Source: Neocallimastix sp. 'constans' (lineage: Eukaryota). Taken from it: 64,000 bases of DNA. The first letter of the stretch is position 1; each line of letters starts with the position of its first letter. The translations under genes and the position numbers were made by a program. Positions 52,185-64,000 of the stretch are shown piece by piece. The notes under the pieces are model-generated. The model made no database searches. It was not told the DNA's origin and was given only the letters and a program-made list of their open reading frames with translations. Where the stretch lies: positions 310,001 through 374,000 of the forward strand of contig JBODTK010000016.1 in NCBI GenBank assembly GCA_050613775.1. The letters are read 5' to 3'.

Positions 52185-55100
52185 TTAACTCCAAATTCTT
52201 GAACAATATTCACCAATCTTTTGACATTCTATTTGAATATCTTGACATTCTTGTTGTTGAGGCCATTGTTTTTCCCTATAACAATTACTCATTCTAGCAT
52301 AGCAAGCATCTTGTTCATTATAACAAGATGTTGATTTTGCTTGTTTACAGCTCCAATCTTCTCTTCCACAAGAGAGATAATCTTGTGTAGTTGGAATTGT
52401 TGGCTTTGGAGCTAAACTTGTTCTAACAGTAGTTGTAGTGGTCCTAGTGACTCTCTTTGTTGGTAATGTTTTAGTAGTAGTAGTAGTTCTCTTTGGTGGG
52501 AACGTTTTAGTAGTAGTAGTAGTCGTTCTCTTTGGTGGGAACGTTTTAGTAGAAGTAGTTGAAGTTCTCTTTGGTGGGAATGTTTTCGTGGTAGTGGTAG
52601 TAGTGGTAGAGGTTCTCTTTGGTGTTCTTGTGGTTGTGGTAGTGGTAGTGGTAGTGGTGGTAGAGGTTCTCTTTGGTGGGAATGTTTTCGTAGTGGTAGT
52701 GGTGGTTGTGGATATCTTTGGTGGGAATGTTTTAGAAGTAGAAGTAGTTATAGCAGGTGGAACCTTAACAGTAGTAGATGTAGTCATAACTGGTGTAACC
52801 TTATCAGTAGTAGATGTAGTAATAGCTGGTGGGGCCTTAGTAGTGATAGTTGGTGGTGGGTTTTTAGTAGTATTTGTGATAGCTGGTGGAGCCTTAGTAG
52901 TAATAGTTGGTGGTGGGTTTTTAGTAGTATTTGTGATAGCTGGTGGAGCCTTAGTAGTGATAGTTGGTGGTGGATTTTTAGTAGTATTTGTGATAGCTGG
53001 TGGAGCCTTAGTAGTGATTGTTGGTGGTGGATTTTTAGTCGAAACAGCAGTAGTACTAGTAGTAGTAAGAACTGGTGGAGCCTTAGATGTAAATGGAGTA
53101 ACTGGAGCAGCCTTAGTAGTAGTTTTTGGGATAGTCTTTGGTGGTGCTTTAGCAGTAGTATTAGTTGGTGGTGGAGCCTTAGTAGACTTAGTAGAGGTAG
53201 TAGAAGTAGTAGTGAGAACTGGTGGAGCCTTAGCTGTAGTTTCTGGTGGTGGAGCCTTAGTAGACTTAGTAGAGGTAGTAGAAGTAGTAGTGAGAACTGG
53301 TGGAGCCTTAGCTGTAGTTTCTGGTGGTGGAGCCTTAGTAGACTTAGTAGAGGTAGTAGAAGTAGTAGTGAGGACTGGTGGAGCCTTAGCTGTAGTTTCT
53401 GGTGGTGGAGCCTTAGTAGATTTAGTAGAGGTAGTAGAAGTAGTAGTGAGGACTGGTGGAGCCTTAGCTGTAGTTTCTGGTGGTGGAGCCTTAGTAGACT
53501 TAGTAGAGGTAGTAGAAGTAGTAGTGAGGACTGGTGGAGCCTTAGCTGTAGTTTCTGGTGGTGGAGCCTTAGTAGACTTAGTAGAGGTAGTAGTGAGGAC
53601 TGGTGGAGCCTTAGCTGTAGTTTCTGGTGGTGGAGCCTTAGTAGACTTAGTAGAGGTAGTAGAAGTAGTAGTGAAAACTGGTGGAGCCTTAGCTGTAGTT
53701 TCTGGTGGTGGAGCCTTAGTAGACTTAGTAGAGGTAGTAGAAGTAGTAGTGAGAACTGGTGGAGCCTTAGCTGTAGTTTCTGGTGGTGGAGCCTTAGTAG
53801 ACTTAGTAGAGGTAGTAGAAGTAGTAGTGAAAACTGGTGGAGCCTTAGCTGTAGTTTCTGGTGGTGGAGCCTTTGAAGTCTTTGGTGGAGCCTTAGAAGT
53901 AGTAGTTGGTGGAGCCTTAGATGATCTAGTCGGTGGAACCTTAGAAGTGGTTGGTGGAAGCTTTGAAGTAGTAGTTGGTGGAAGCTTAGATGATCTAGTT
54001 GGTGGAAGCTTTGAAGTAGTAGTTGGTGGAAGCTTAGATGATCTAGTTGGTGGAAGCTTTGAAGTAGTAGTTGGTGGAAGCTTAGATGATCTAGTTGGTG
54101 GAAGCTTTGAAGTAGTAGTTGGTGGAAGCTTAGATGATCTAGTTGGTGGAAGCTTTGAAGTAGTAGTTGGTGGAAGCTTAGATGATCTAGTTGGTGGAAG
54201 CTTTGAAGTTGTAGTTGGTGGAAGCTTAGATGATCTAGTTGGTGGAAGCTTTGAAGTTGTAGTTGGTGGAAGCTTAGATGATCTAGTTGGTGGAAGCTTT
54301 GAAGTTGTAGTTGGTGGAGCCTTAGATGATCTAGTTGGTGGAACCTTAGAAGTAGTTGTTGGTGGAGCCTTAGATGATCTAGTTGGTGGAACCTTAGAAG
54401 TAGTTGTTGGTGGAGCCTTAGATGATCTAGTTGGTGGAACCTTAGCAGAGGTAGTTGGTGGTGCCTTTGTTGTGACTGTTATAGTTGGTGGCAATTTACT
54501 GGTTTTTGGTGGAAGTTTTGAAGAAGTAGTTGGTGGTGCTTTAGTAGTAATAGGATAAAGTGGTGGAACTTTTGTATGCGTATTTGGAGGAGTTTTTGTT
54601 CTTTGAACAGAATTTTCCTAATTTTAAAAAAATCATTTTTAATATATATTTATTATGATTATTATTAAATAACTATATATTTTCATATATTTTTTTATTT
54701 TCATTTATTTCAATTATGTACATAATTATTTTTTTATTAATTAATTTTTATTATAAATTGAAAGAAATATAGAACGAAAGGGAAAAAAAAAAAATCATTT
54801 ATGATGATTAAATCTCTAAATTATTTCAAGTATAATTTTAAAATGTCCAAATTGCTTTTGTTTTAAAATATTTTTTCATATTATATATTTTAAAAGTATT
54901 ACTTAATAAAATATAAATATATTATTTATTTATATTGTATTTCCTTTGAAATAATTAATAAATTACAGATTTAAATAAAATTCCTTTTTTTTTATATTTC
55001 TTTTTTTATATTTTTTTTCTCTTTTTTTTTATTATAAAACAAAAAAATTATTACAACCTAACAAAATTTATCAATAATAAATTAGTTTAATTTAATTTTT

Positions 55101-55207
55101 TATATATATTTTTATAAACTTACTCTTTTTTCAACATTAACAGGTATACTACTAACACTGCACATAGCAGCGAGCAATAATATTAATTTTGTATATCTCA
55201 TCCTCAT
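52185..55207 (-). CDS. Secreted Thr/Pro/Lys-rich mucin/extensin-like protein (~838 aa) with C-terminal 8-Cys domain
   Basis: Exon 55207-55124 encodes MRMRYTKLILLLAAMCSVSSIPVNVEKR (signal peptide plus dibasic KR), spliced GTAAGT…TAG in phase to exon 54617-52185. Repeat families include SKLPPTT/RS, TKSTKAPPPETTAKAPPVLTTTST, TKNPPPTITTKAPPAITNT and TKTFPPKRT. The C-terminal pattern is CX6CX7CX6CX6CX11CX6CX6C. Confidence 0.88.
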
Positions 55208-55354
55208 TTTCAGATGGATACTATTATTTTATTTTATTTTTTGTTTCAATATTTTATTTTATTATTATTGTATCTATTTTATATATTTATTATTTAAAAT
55301 ATAATTAATTAATTTATTTATTTTTATAAATAAATAAATTTAATTTAAATTTTT

Positions 55355-55414
<60 letters not shown>

Positions 55415-57174
55415 TTGTTTATTTTATATTTTTTTTTTTTAATTTTTTTATTTTTTTAAAATAAATATAAAAAAAAAAAAATAATTCTAATAGGAAAAAA
55501 TTCTAATCATAATTTAAGAAAATTAATTGAGGAAAAAAGACATCCTTTTATTTAAAAAATAAAAAAATTTTAATTAAAATTTTGAATAAATATTTTATTA
55601 TTAAATAAAGTTATATTAATAATTATATAGTATGTATTATCAATTATATGCTTGAAGCTTTAAAATATAGTATAATTTATTAAAGTTACACAATATTGGT
55701 CATCTATAAATAAATACATTGTTTTAAATAAGTTATTATACATATTAATATAATATAATTTATTATGTTATTTAAGGATTTTTAGTAGAATAAAAATATT
55801 AATATAAAATATATTTATCTTAGACAAATATATATAACTATATATTATTTCTTTGAATTTATTTATTACAGTATATTTATTAGTATATAAATATTCAAAT
55901 CAATCTATAAAAAAAATTTTTTTTATATATATTAAAATTTTGAATTAAAACTATAATAAAAAAAGAAAAAAAACACAAATGATTATTATTTTTATAAAAA
56001 TAATGTATACTATATAGGTCAATTTAAATATATATATATTTTTTTAAAAAATTAATATATTAGTATATATTGTATAATATTTTATTACTTAATATATATA
56101 TATTCTTAATATACTATAATAAATTGGTTTGATTGAAATAAAACTTTAAAAAAAATGATACAAAAAAATTTATAATATTTATTTTCTACATAACCCTTTG
56201 TATACAGAATTATTTAATTTTAATTTTTAAATATTTGCTTATTAATATTTTTAGAAAAAAAAAAAAAAGAGAAAATCATAATAAAATAAGTTATTTTAAT
56301 ATTTATTTAATATGTTACACCATATATCTATTAAAGGATTTAAAAAAAAAAAAAAAGGATGAAATTGAAACTAAAAATAATTAATGAATAATGAATTATT
56401 TTCATAGGAAATATAATAATTATGAAAAAATTATAAGAAAAAAAATTAATAATTAAATAAATAATAGTATAATAGTATTCATAATTATTGCAATAAATAA
56501 TAATTACGACACTACTTTTTTTTTAAAATTAGGATTAACTCCTTGTTGACACGGACCTTTCTCTAATTAAGGCTAATATAAAAGATATTAATTGTATGCT
56601 GTTTTATTCGACGGGCTTCTTTTCAGTGATCTCTTAAACCATTATCGAGGGAGGAACTACAACATTAATCCTCTCACAGATTAACTGCTCTCTGCACCAG
56701 CAATTATATAGTCAAGCAGTAGAAATACTTATCATGCCGAGCGGACACCAACTTCATTTATAGGGAAAAAACATCCTAAGAGGATGAAAATCTCCCCATA
56801 TAACTTTAGGAGATAGTTGAGATATCAATACAGAAACCTTATGTGCGTTGTTCGTCTTAAGTACTAACTACTAGGATAAAAAATGGAAAAACTTGCAACA
56901 TTAATTAAATATTATTTATGCTTTAAAAAATAATTGCAATAATCGTATTTCCCATAAGAAAATCTCTTTCTTTTTTTTTTTTTAAAAAAAAAAAATAAAA
57001 AAAATAAAAAAAAATTAAAATTAAATGAAAAACTTAAATAGTACTTATAAAACTATTAATATATACTCAATTAATCATATTAAATAATAATAAAGAAGAT
57101 TTATTATCACATATATATAATGTTCTAGTTTTATGCAATACTACATTATTTAAAATTTTATTTCATTTTATTCA

Positions 57175-57480
57175 TCCTGTACTTTCTTATTATATTTTTA
57201 CTATTTAATATATTATAACATATTTTATTTTATTTAATCTGTGTTTTCTTATTTAATAGTATTCTACTATTTATTTTATTTTATTATATCTTATTTAATT
57301 TGTACTTTCTTATTTAATATTCTAATATTTATTTTATTTTATTATATCTTATTTAATTTGTACTTTCTTATTTAATATTCTACTATTTATTTTATTTTAT
57401 TTTATTTTATTATTACTTATACAATCTATACTTTCTTATTTAATAATATTTTACTATTTATTTTATTTTATTATATTTTG
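57175..57480. repeat. Diverged ~55-65 bp tandem repeat (TGTACTTTCTTATTTAATATTCTACTATTTATTTTATTTT…) about x5
   Basis: TACTTTCTTAT anchors recur at ~57180, ~57303, ~57361 and ~57429, with a variant at ~57243. Confidence 0.75.
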
Positions 57481-57944
57481 TTCAATTTATTCATTCATAA
57501 TTAATAAATATTCTACGATTTATAAATAATAATAATTAAACTTAGGTTTTAATTATTTATTTATTGTTAGTCTAAAATTTATTATTTATCAATTAAATTT
57601 ATATGTTTAAATAGTTTTTAAAATTTAATGAATGTATTAATGTATTATAATAGTATTATAGTATATTACGTTATATATTACATAGTATATTATATAACGT
57701 GTTTTTAATATATTATGATATTTCTCAAATGTTAATGTTATGTTATTAAGATATTGTTTGTGAAGATTTCTTAAAATTTTTAAATATTTACTTAAATTAA
57801 AACTTTAATGTATTCAATAGTAAATATTTTTCTTATTAAAAGGATTTACTACTTAATGTTATCATAAATAAAACACATAGAAATTAATGAGATATTGTTT
57901 TTCTATATTTCTAAAAAAAAAAATAAAAGAAAAAAAAAATATGA

Positions 57945-58112
57945 TGAAAAAATAAAGAATAAGAAAAAAAATAAAGAATAAGAAAAAAAAATAAAAAATA
58001 AGAAAAAAAATAAAGAATAAGAAAAAAAATAAAGAATAAGAAAAAAAATAAAGAATAAGAAAAAAAAAAAAAAAAAAGAATAAGAAAAAAAAGAATAAGA
58101 AAAAAAAGAATA
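57945..58112. repeat. A-rich tandem repeat (AAAGAATAAGAAAAAAAAT)n
   Basis: Direct reading. Confidence 0.8.
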
Positions 58113-58759
58113 GATTAAAATAATAAAATCTAAAAAATTCAGATATTAATTAATAATATATTTATTATAGAATTATATGATTGATGGTTGATGTTTACTT
58201 CATTTTTTATTTATATTAAATCAAAGAAATAAAATATTTTATTTAAAAAATGAAATTGTTCTTATATTAATCCCTTAACTATAGAAAATGGAATTCAAAA
58301 AATAAGACATAAAAGTACAGAATAGATCTACTTAAAGTGTGCATTTTTTTTTTTTTCTTTTCTTTTTCTTTTTATTTTATTTTTTTTTTTGTATTTGTTT
58401 TTATTTAGTACTTCTTCTATATAAAATAAAATAATATATATATATTTAATTTATTAATATGTTTCACAAAGGATATTATATATATATTTTTTTTTGAAGA
58501 AGAAAAAAATTAAATAAAATAGAAATAAAAATAAAAATAAAAATAAGAAATGATAAACATCAAATAAATAGCATTAATACTATTGAAATTAAAAATGAAT
58601 ATAATTATTATATTTATATTCTTTATTTATTTATATTTACTTATTAAAGATTATAATGTATATTATTGAATATCATATAATTCCATTTAATAATATTAAA
58701 TAAAAGTGCTTATGAAATCTATAAACTATTATTATTATTTCTTAAAATTATTATCCACT

Positions 58760-58799
<40 letters not shown>

Positions 58800-61592
58800 A
58801 AATGCTATATTATTATTTTTACCCGTCTCAACATATTGATTTTAATAAAAATATTAAATAAAATATAAAAAAAAAATAAAAAAATAAAAAAATAAAAAAA
58901 AGAAAAAGAATTTACTAATATTAAAGTTACACTAATAATTAAATTAAGCCCAACGAAAAATAAAATAAAACAAAATAAAATAATGAAATTAGTCATATAA
59001 ATTAAAAATTTTATAATAGATTTACATCAAGTATCTATATGTTTATCATATGATTCATATTAAACTGTTGTATCACTCTTTTATTTATATATATTTTTTT
59101 GGGAATAAATAACAAGAAATGATGTTTTATAACCCTACTTTTAAGTATATAAATATATCTTTATGGAAAAAGAACGAATTAGTACTCTGACCATGCAGTT
59201 TACTATAATTTTATTATTAACAAAATAATAATAAAATAAAAAAAAATTGATATATAAAATTAATTTTAATAATTTAAATATTAAAAAATATATAAAAATA
59301 TAGTATATCTCGTCTAATATTAATAATAAAATATAAATAAAAACTTTAATAAATATAAAAATTATATTATAACATAAATATATTAATACTTATACTAATT
59401 TTTTTTTTTTTTTACAGCCGCAATTATTGTAATTATTATTGGGAACTTTAATCTTTATTTATTTATTCGTTTATTAATTATATAACTAATAAAAAAATAA
59501 ATATTATTTATTCAATATAAATATAATATTTACAATAGTAATGTGAAATAGAAAGTTATATTCAAACTAAAGTGTATAAATAAATTCAGAAAAAAGTTCA
59601 TAAGCAACGAACCTCACTTCCAGATTATAAGATCTTTGTTTTAAAAGGAATTCTTATTCCATATTTGAATTGACTATCCGAAAGAAAGAATGATCTTCTC
59701 CTTCAGAGGCATTGGCCCTGCTAGCCTGTCTTATTTACATTTTCAGTGTTAACACTCCAACATTTATGTTAAAGAAAATCAAGCATAAATTTATAATTGT
59801 GACTGACATACAGATCAAATATAAGTATTAAATCACACTACAACATAAAACTATGAAAATCATTAAATTAATATTTATTTTATTATTTATGCTTTATTTT
59901 TTTTTTTTTTTATATTTTTATTAATTATTATATTGAATAATTTTTTATTATATCATTATTAGTATGTATGGTATATTTTATAACATTTTTAACTACATGA
60001 CTGTTATAAAAATTAATATTCCTTATTTTTAAATTTAAATAACTTTATAACTAGTAATTATAAAGTAAAAGAATTATTAATTATTATTGTAAAAGAAATT
60101 AACGAGTAATTTTAAGAATTTTGTTTAGAGTTATTAACAAACGAAATAATAAATAAAAGAATTAACTAAATTTCTCCCAAGAGTAATTATCGAACAGAAT
60201 TTGTCTTTCATTAATTAATAATTATATTAGTATATCAAAAATGTCGATCATAAACTTCATTTTTATTGGTTAATTATTTTAAACCTATAATTCTATAATT
60301 AATTAAGATGGTACACAAAATAATTAATTTATTTGTCACCATTCTTAATTCTTATTTAAATATAAAAGGATATAAGAAGTTTTAATAAAATTTATATATA
60401 TTATAATTATATATTAATATATTAATGAAAAAAATTATTAATAAATAAATGAGTAAATATATGAACAAATTATTTAATAATAAATAAAAACATTTTATTA
60501 TTTAATGATTTATTATAAAAAAAATAATAAAAAAATAGATTTTCTATTTTTCATAGTAGACCATAATATAATTTTTCAATATATTTAGTGTTTAATAAAT
60601 GTTTTAAAATTTTTCATTTAAATAAATTATAAATTTATAGATTTAATTATAAATAAATTATACAAATATAAATAGTCCATTATTAATAAATAATAAAATA
60701 ATTAAAATAATTAATCATGATCAATTAATAAATATTCTGTTAAATTCTTAGTTTTCTATTCTTAAAAAATAGAGAAACCGACGGATGGAAGTAATGAAAT
60801 GTTTAATATGTGGACCATGCTAAAAGTATATTTAGCAAAGAATAGACCTGAATTCTGTTGTAACAAGGACATTTAAGGAGTAATATAGGAATTTAGCTGT
60901 TTCGAAACAAGTTAACACAGTAGAAACACCGTTCTGATTGTCTAAAAACCACTAATTAAAAAAGGTTACACAACCTCAATAATAAAAAATTATCAAATAT
61001 AAAAATTTAAAATTAAAATAAAATAAAAATAATATAAAATAAAATAAAATAAAATATAAAATTATATAAAATATATAAATAACAAAGTATTATTTGAATT
61101 GGTAAAATAAATAAGATATTTGATATTTATATTGTTATAAATATATATTTTTTTTTATTTAATTAAAAATTATTATTATTTATATTATTTATAATTATAA
61201 TAATTTTTTCATAATTAATTATAATATTAAAAAAATTTTTTAATTATTTAATAGTTAAAAATAAAAATATAGAATAAAATAATTATGGAACTTTTTTTTT
61301 TTTTTCTATTCTATTTAGATATTATAAGCAATATATACTTTTATGATAATGATAATAATAATTAAATTACAAAATGTATAATACTAGATTTCTTTAAATT
61401 TAAATTTTAAATATATATATTATTTTATTATTATATTATAAAATTTAAATTAATTATTATTATAAATAATTATATTTTGTTTTTTGATTTTTATTTTATT
61501 TTTACTTTTAAATATATATCCATAATTTATGTATAAAGCAGTTTTATTAATTTGAAATTTCAATTTTCATTTACAAATTTAAAAAAAATAGA

Positions 61593-61705
61593 TAAATAAA
61601 TTAGATATTAATATTTTATTTTTATTAATATTTTTTATTTTTATTTTTTATTTTTATTTTTATTTTTATTTTTATTTTTTATTTTTATTTTTATTATTAT
61701 TTCTA

Positions 61706-61736
<31 letters not shown>

Positions 61737-61992
61737 TTTATTTTTATTTTATTTTTATTTTTATTTTTTAATTTTTTTATTGAAATAAAAAATAATAAAT
61801 GATGTATTTTAATTAATAAATAAATTAGATATTAATATTTTATTTTTATTAATATTTTTTATTTTTATTTTTTATTTTTATTTTTATTTTTATTTTTATT
61901 TTTTATTTTTATTTTTATTTTTATTTTTATTTTTATTTTTTAATTTTTTTATTGAAATAAAAAATAATAAATGATGTATTTTAATTAATAAA
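61593..61992. repeat. Tandem duplication of a ~175-225 bp unit containing (TTTTTA)n
   Basis: TAAATAAATTAGATATTAATATTTT…TGAAATAAAAAATAATAAATGATGTATTTTAATTAATAAA occurs twice in tandem. Confidence 0.85.
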
Positions 61993-62181
61993 CATATCTT
62001 ATTCTTGAATATATGTTAAGTGTACTGTTTCAATGTGTAAAACAAATTAATATTAGATATTATCAAAACAGTAATCCAATATTAATTTAACTTTAACGTT
62101 TAAAATATAATATACAAAATTATGTTTATGATTCCTTTTATTACCAAAACAAGAAATTAATTCAAAAAAAAAAAAAAGAAA

Positions 62182-62212
<31 letters not shown>

Positions 62213-62692
62213 TTTATATGATTTTTATTTTGTTTTTAAAAAACAATTAAACCAATTAATAACAAACAAAATTATATTTAATATTTCTTATAAACTCATA
62301 AAAAGATATTTTTTATAGTGTCATGAATAATGATTATTAATTTATTACAACATTAATATATATTTCAATAAAATTAAAACAGAAATTAATAATTGCTTAA
62401 AAAGAAAAAGTCTGGAATAAAAAAAAAAAAAGACTATTCAAAAAAGAAATTATTAAAAAATAAAATTGAATTAGTAATAAATATATCTAAAGTTTTTTTT
62501 TTTTTATTTAAATTAAAATATATATATAATGAATATTTATATGTATATTTATGTTTTATAAATATAGATATTTAAAACGTTCATTTTATAAAGACCAAAT
62601 TTTTCTTGTTATTATAAATAAATTTAAATAATAATAAATATATAAGAATCATATATCAGGAATAATAATAATAATAATAATAAACTTTTTAC

Positions 62693-62910
62693 ATGAAATT
62701 GACCAATAATTTCTAAATACATATTTTTAATATTATTTCGTAAGAAACTTTTGAGTTCTTGAAGACCTTCCTCTACTGTATTCTCTAAAATTTTATTTGA
62801 TATTTTTGATATTTCTTCATTTAAATTATCATTTTCTATATTATTATCTTTATCATTATTTTTATGATATATATAGAATATAAAATAGTTTATATAGAAT
62901 ATAGAAGAGA
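62693..62910 (-). pseudogene. Open exon-like segment resembling the C-terminal coiled coil of NEDD1/GCP-WD; probably part of a decayed gene
   Basis: A TAG…GTAAAA-bounded open frame ends KILENTVEEGLQELKSFLRNNIKNMYLEIIGQFH. Upstream exon-like pieces at ~63620-63850 contain stops, and no clean downstream exon was found. Confidence 0.35.
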
Positions 62911-62961
62911 CTAGAGAGTAAAATATAAATATAAATAAACCATAGTTTTAATATCAAAATA

Positions 62962-63350
<389 letters not shown>

Positions 63351-63589
63351 GTTCTTATTATTCTAAGGTTGTAAAGTTCAAAATAAAATAAAAAAAAAAA
63401 TGAAAATAAGAATAAAATAAATAAAAATAAAAAAAAAAAATAAAAATTAAAATAAAAATTAAAATAAAAAAAAAATAAAAATAAATATATATATATATAT
63501 ATATATATTTCAAATAATAAATATTATATAATTACTGAATTTTTTTTTTTTTTTTTTTAATCTTATTTTTTATAGGAAAAAACTTTATG

Positions 63590-63620
<31 letters not shown>

Positions 63621-63932
63621 CCTGTATCAGGTATATGTTAGTTAAACACAAAGGCAATCATCACTACACTACACACTGTGGTATATATTCCATTTCATGA
63701 TGCTATTCTATAAATTAACAAAATAAAAAATATTTCATGCATTTTAAAACATGTTATATTACAATAAATTGAACTTTGCAAATATGGAAGGTAATCCACT
63801 TTCTTTTTTTTTTTTTTTTTTTTTTTTTTGCAAGTCACCACATCATAATAATATTGAACTAATTCAATTTTTTTTTTTTTTTTTAATGGATTATTGTTAA
63901 TAAAAATATTGTAATAACTATTTTTTTTAAAA

Positions 63933-63965
<33 letters not shown>

Positions 63966-64000
63966 AATAAAAAATAAAAAAAAAAAAAATGGTATGATAA

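Noticed and set aside
52438..54558. 706-aa Val/Gly-rich + strand ORF
   Set aside because: It is the antisense shadow of the Thr/Pro repeat gene, which has a signal peptide, splice sites and a Cys domain on the minus strand.
56530..56900. RNase P/MRP RNA assignment
   Set aside because: Only fragmentary similarity to the conserved motifs, and no convincing P4 pairing was found.

Overview
Extremely AT-rich, intron-containing eukaryotic DNA with GT-AG introns, long homopolymers and (ATT)n tracts. By composition and gene style it is most consistent with an anaerobic gut fungus (Neocallimastigomycota); this is inference, not proven. Reading the exons by hand gives five genes: a 3'-truncated LIM-domain protein (-), an F-box/WD40 SCF substrate receptor (-), an E/R/K single-alpha-helix protein ending in a CaaX box (+), a ~3851-aa polyketide synthase (-), and a secreted Thr/Pro/Lys mucin-like protein with an 8-Cys terminal domain (-). 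The window also holds a decayed, internally deleted Ty1/copia element, several decayed gene fragments, and a compound satellite (constant GGAAATACAATCTTTT core with variable ATT spacers) at two loci. The standout is the PKS. It carries an N-terminal PLP-dependent alpha-oxoamine synthase (AONS/KBL/SPT family) domain, followed by KS-AT-DH-psiKR-ER-KR and eight tandem ACPs, with no TE/R release domain and no neighbouring cluster genes. It is a candidate single-gene pathway for a sphingoid-base-like amino-ketone lipid. All splice models and family calls were made by eye without database searches.
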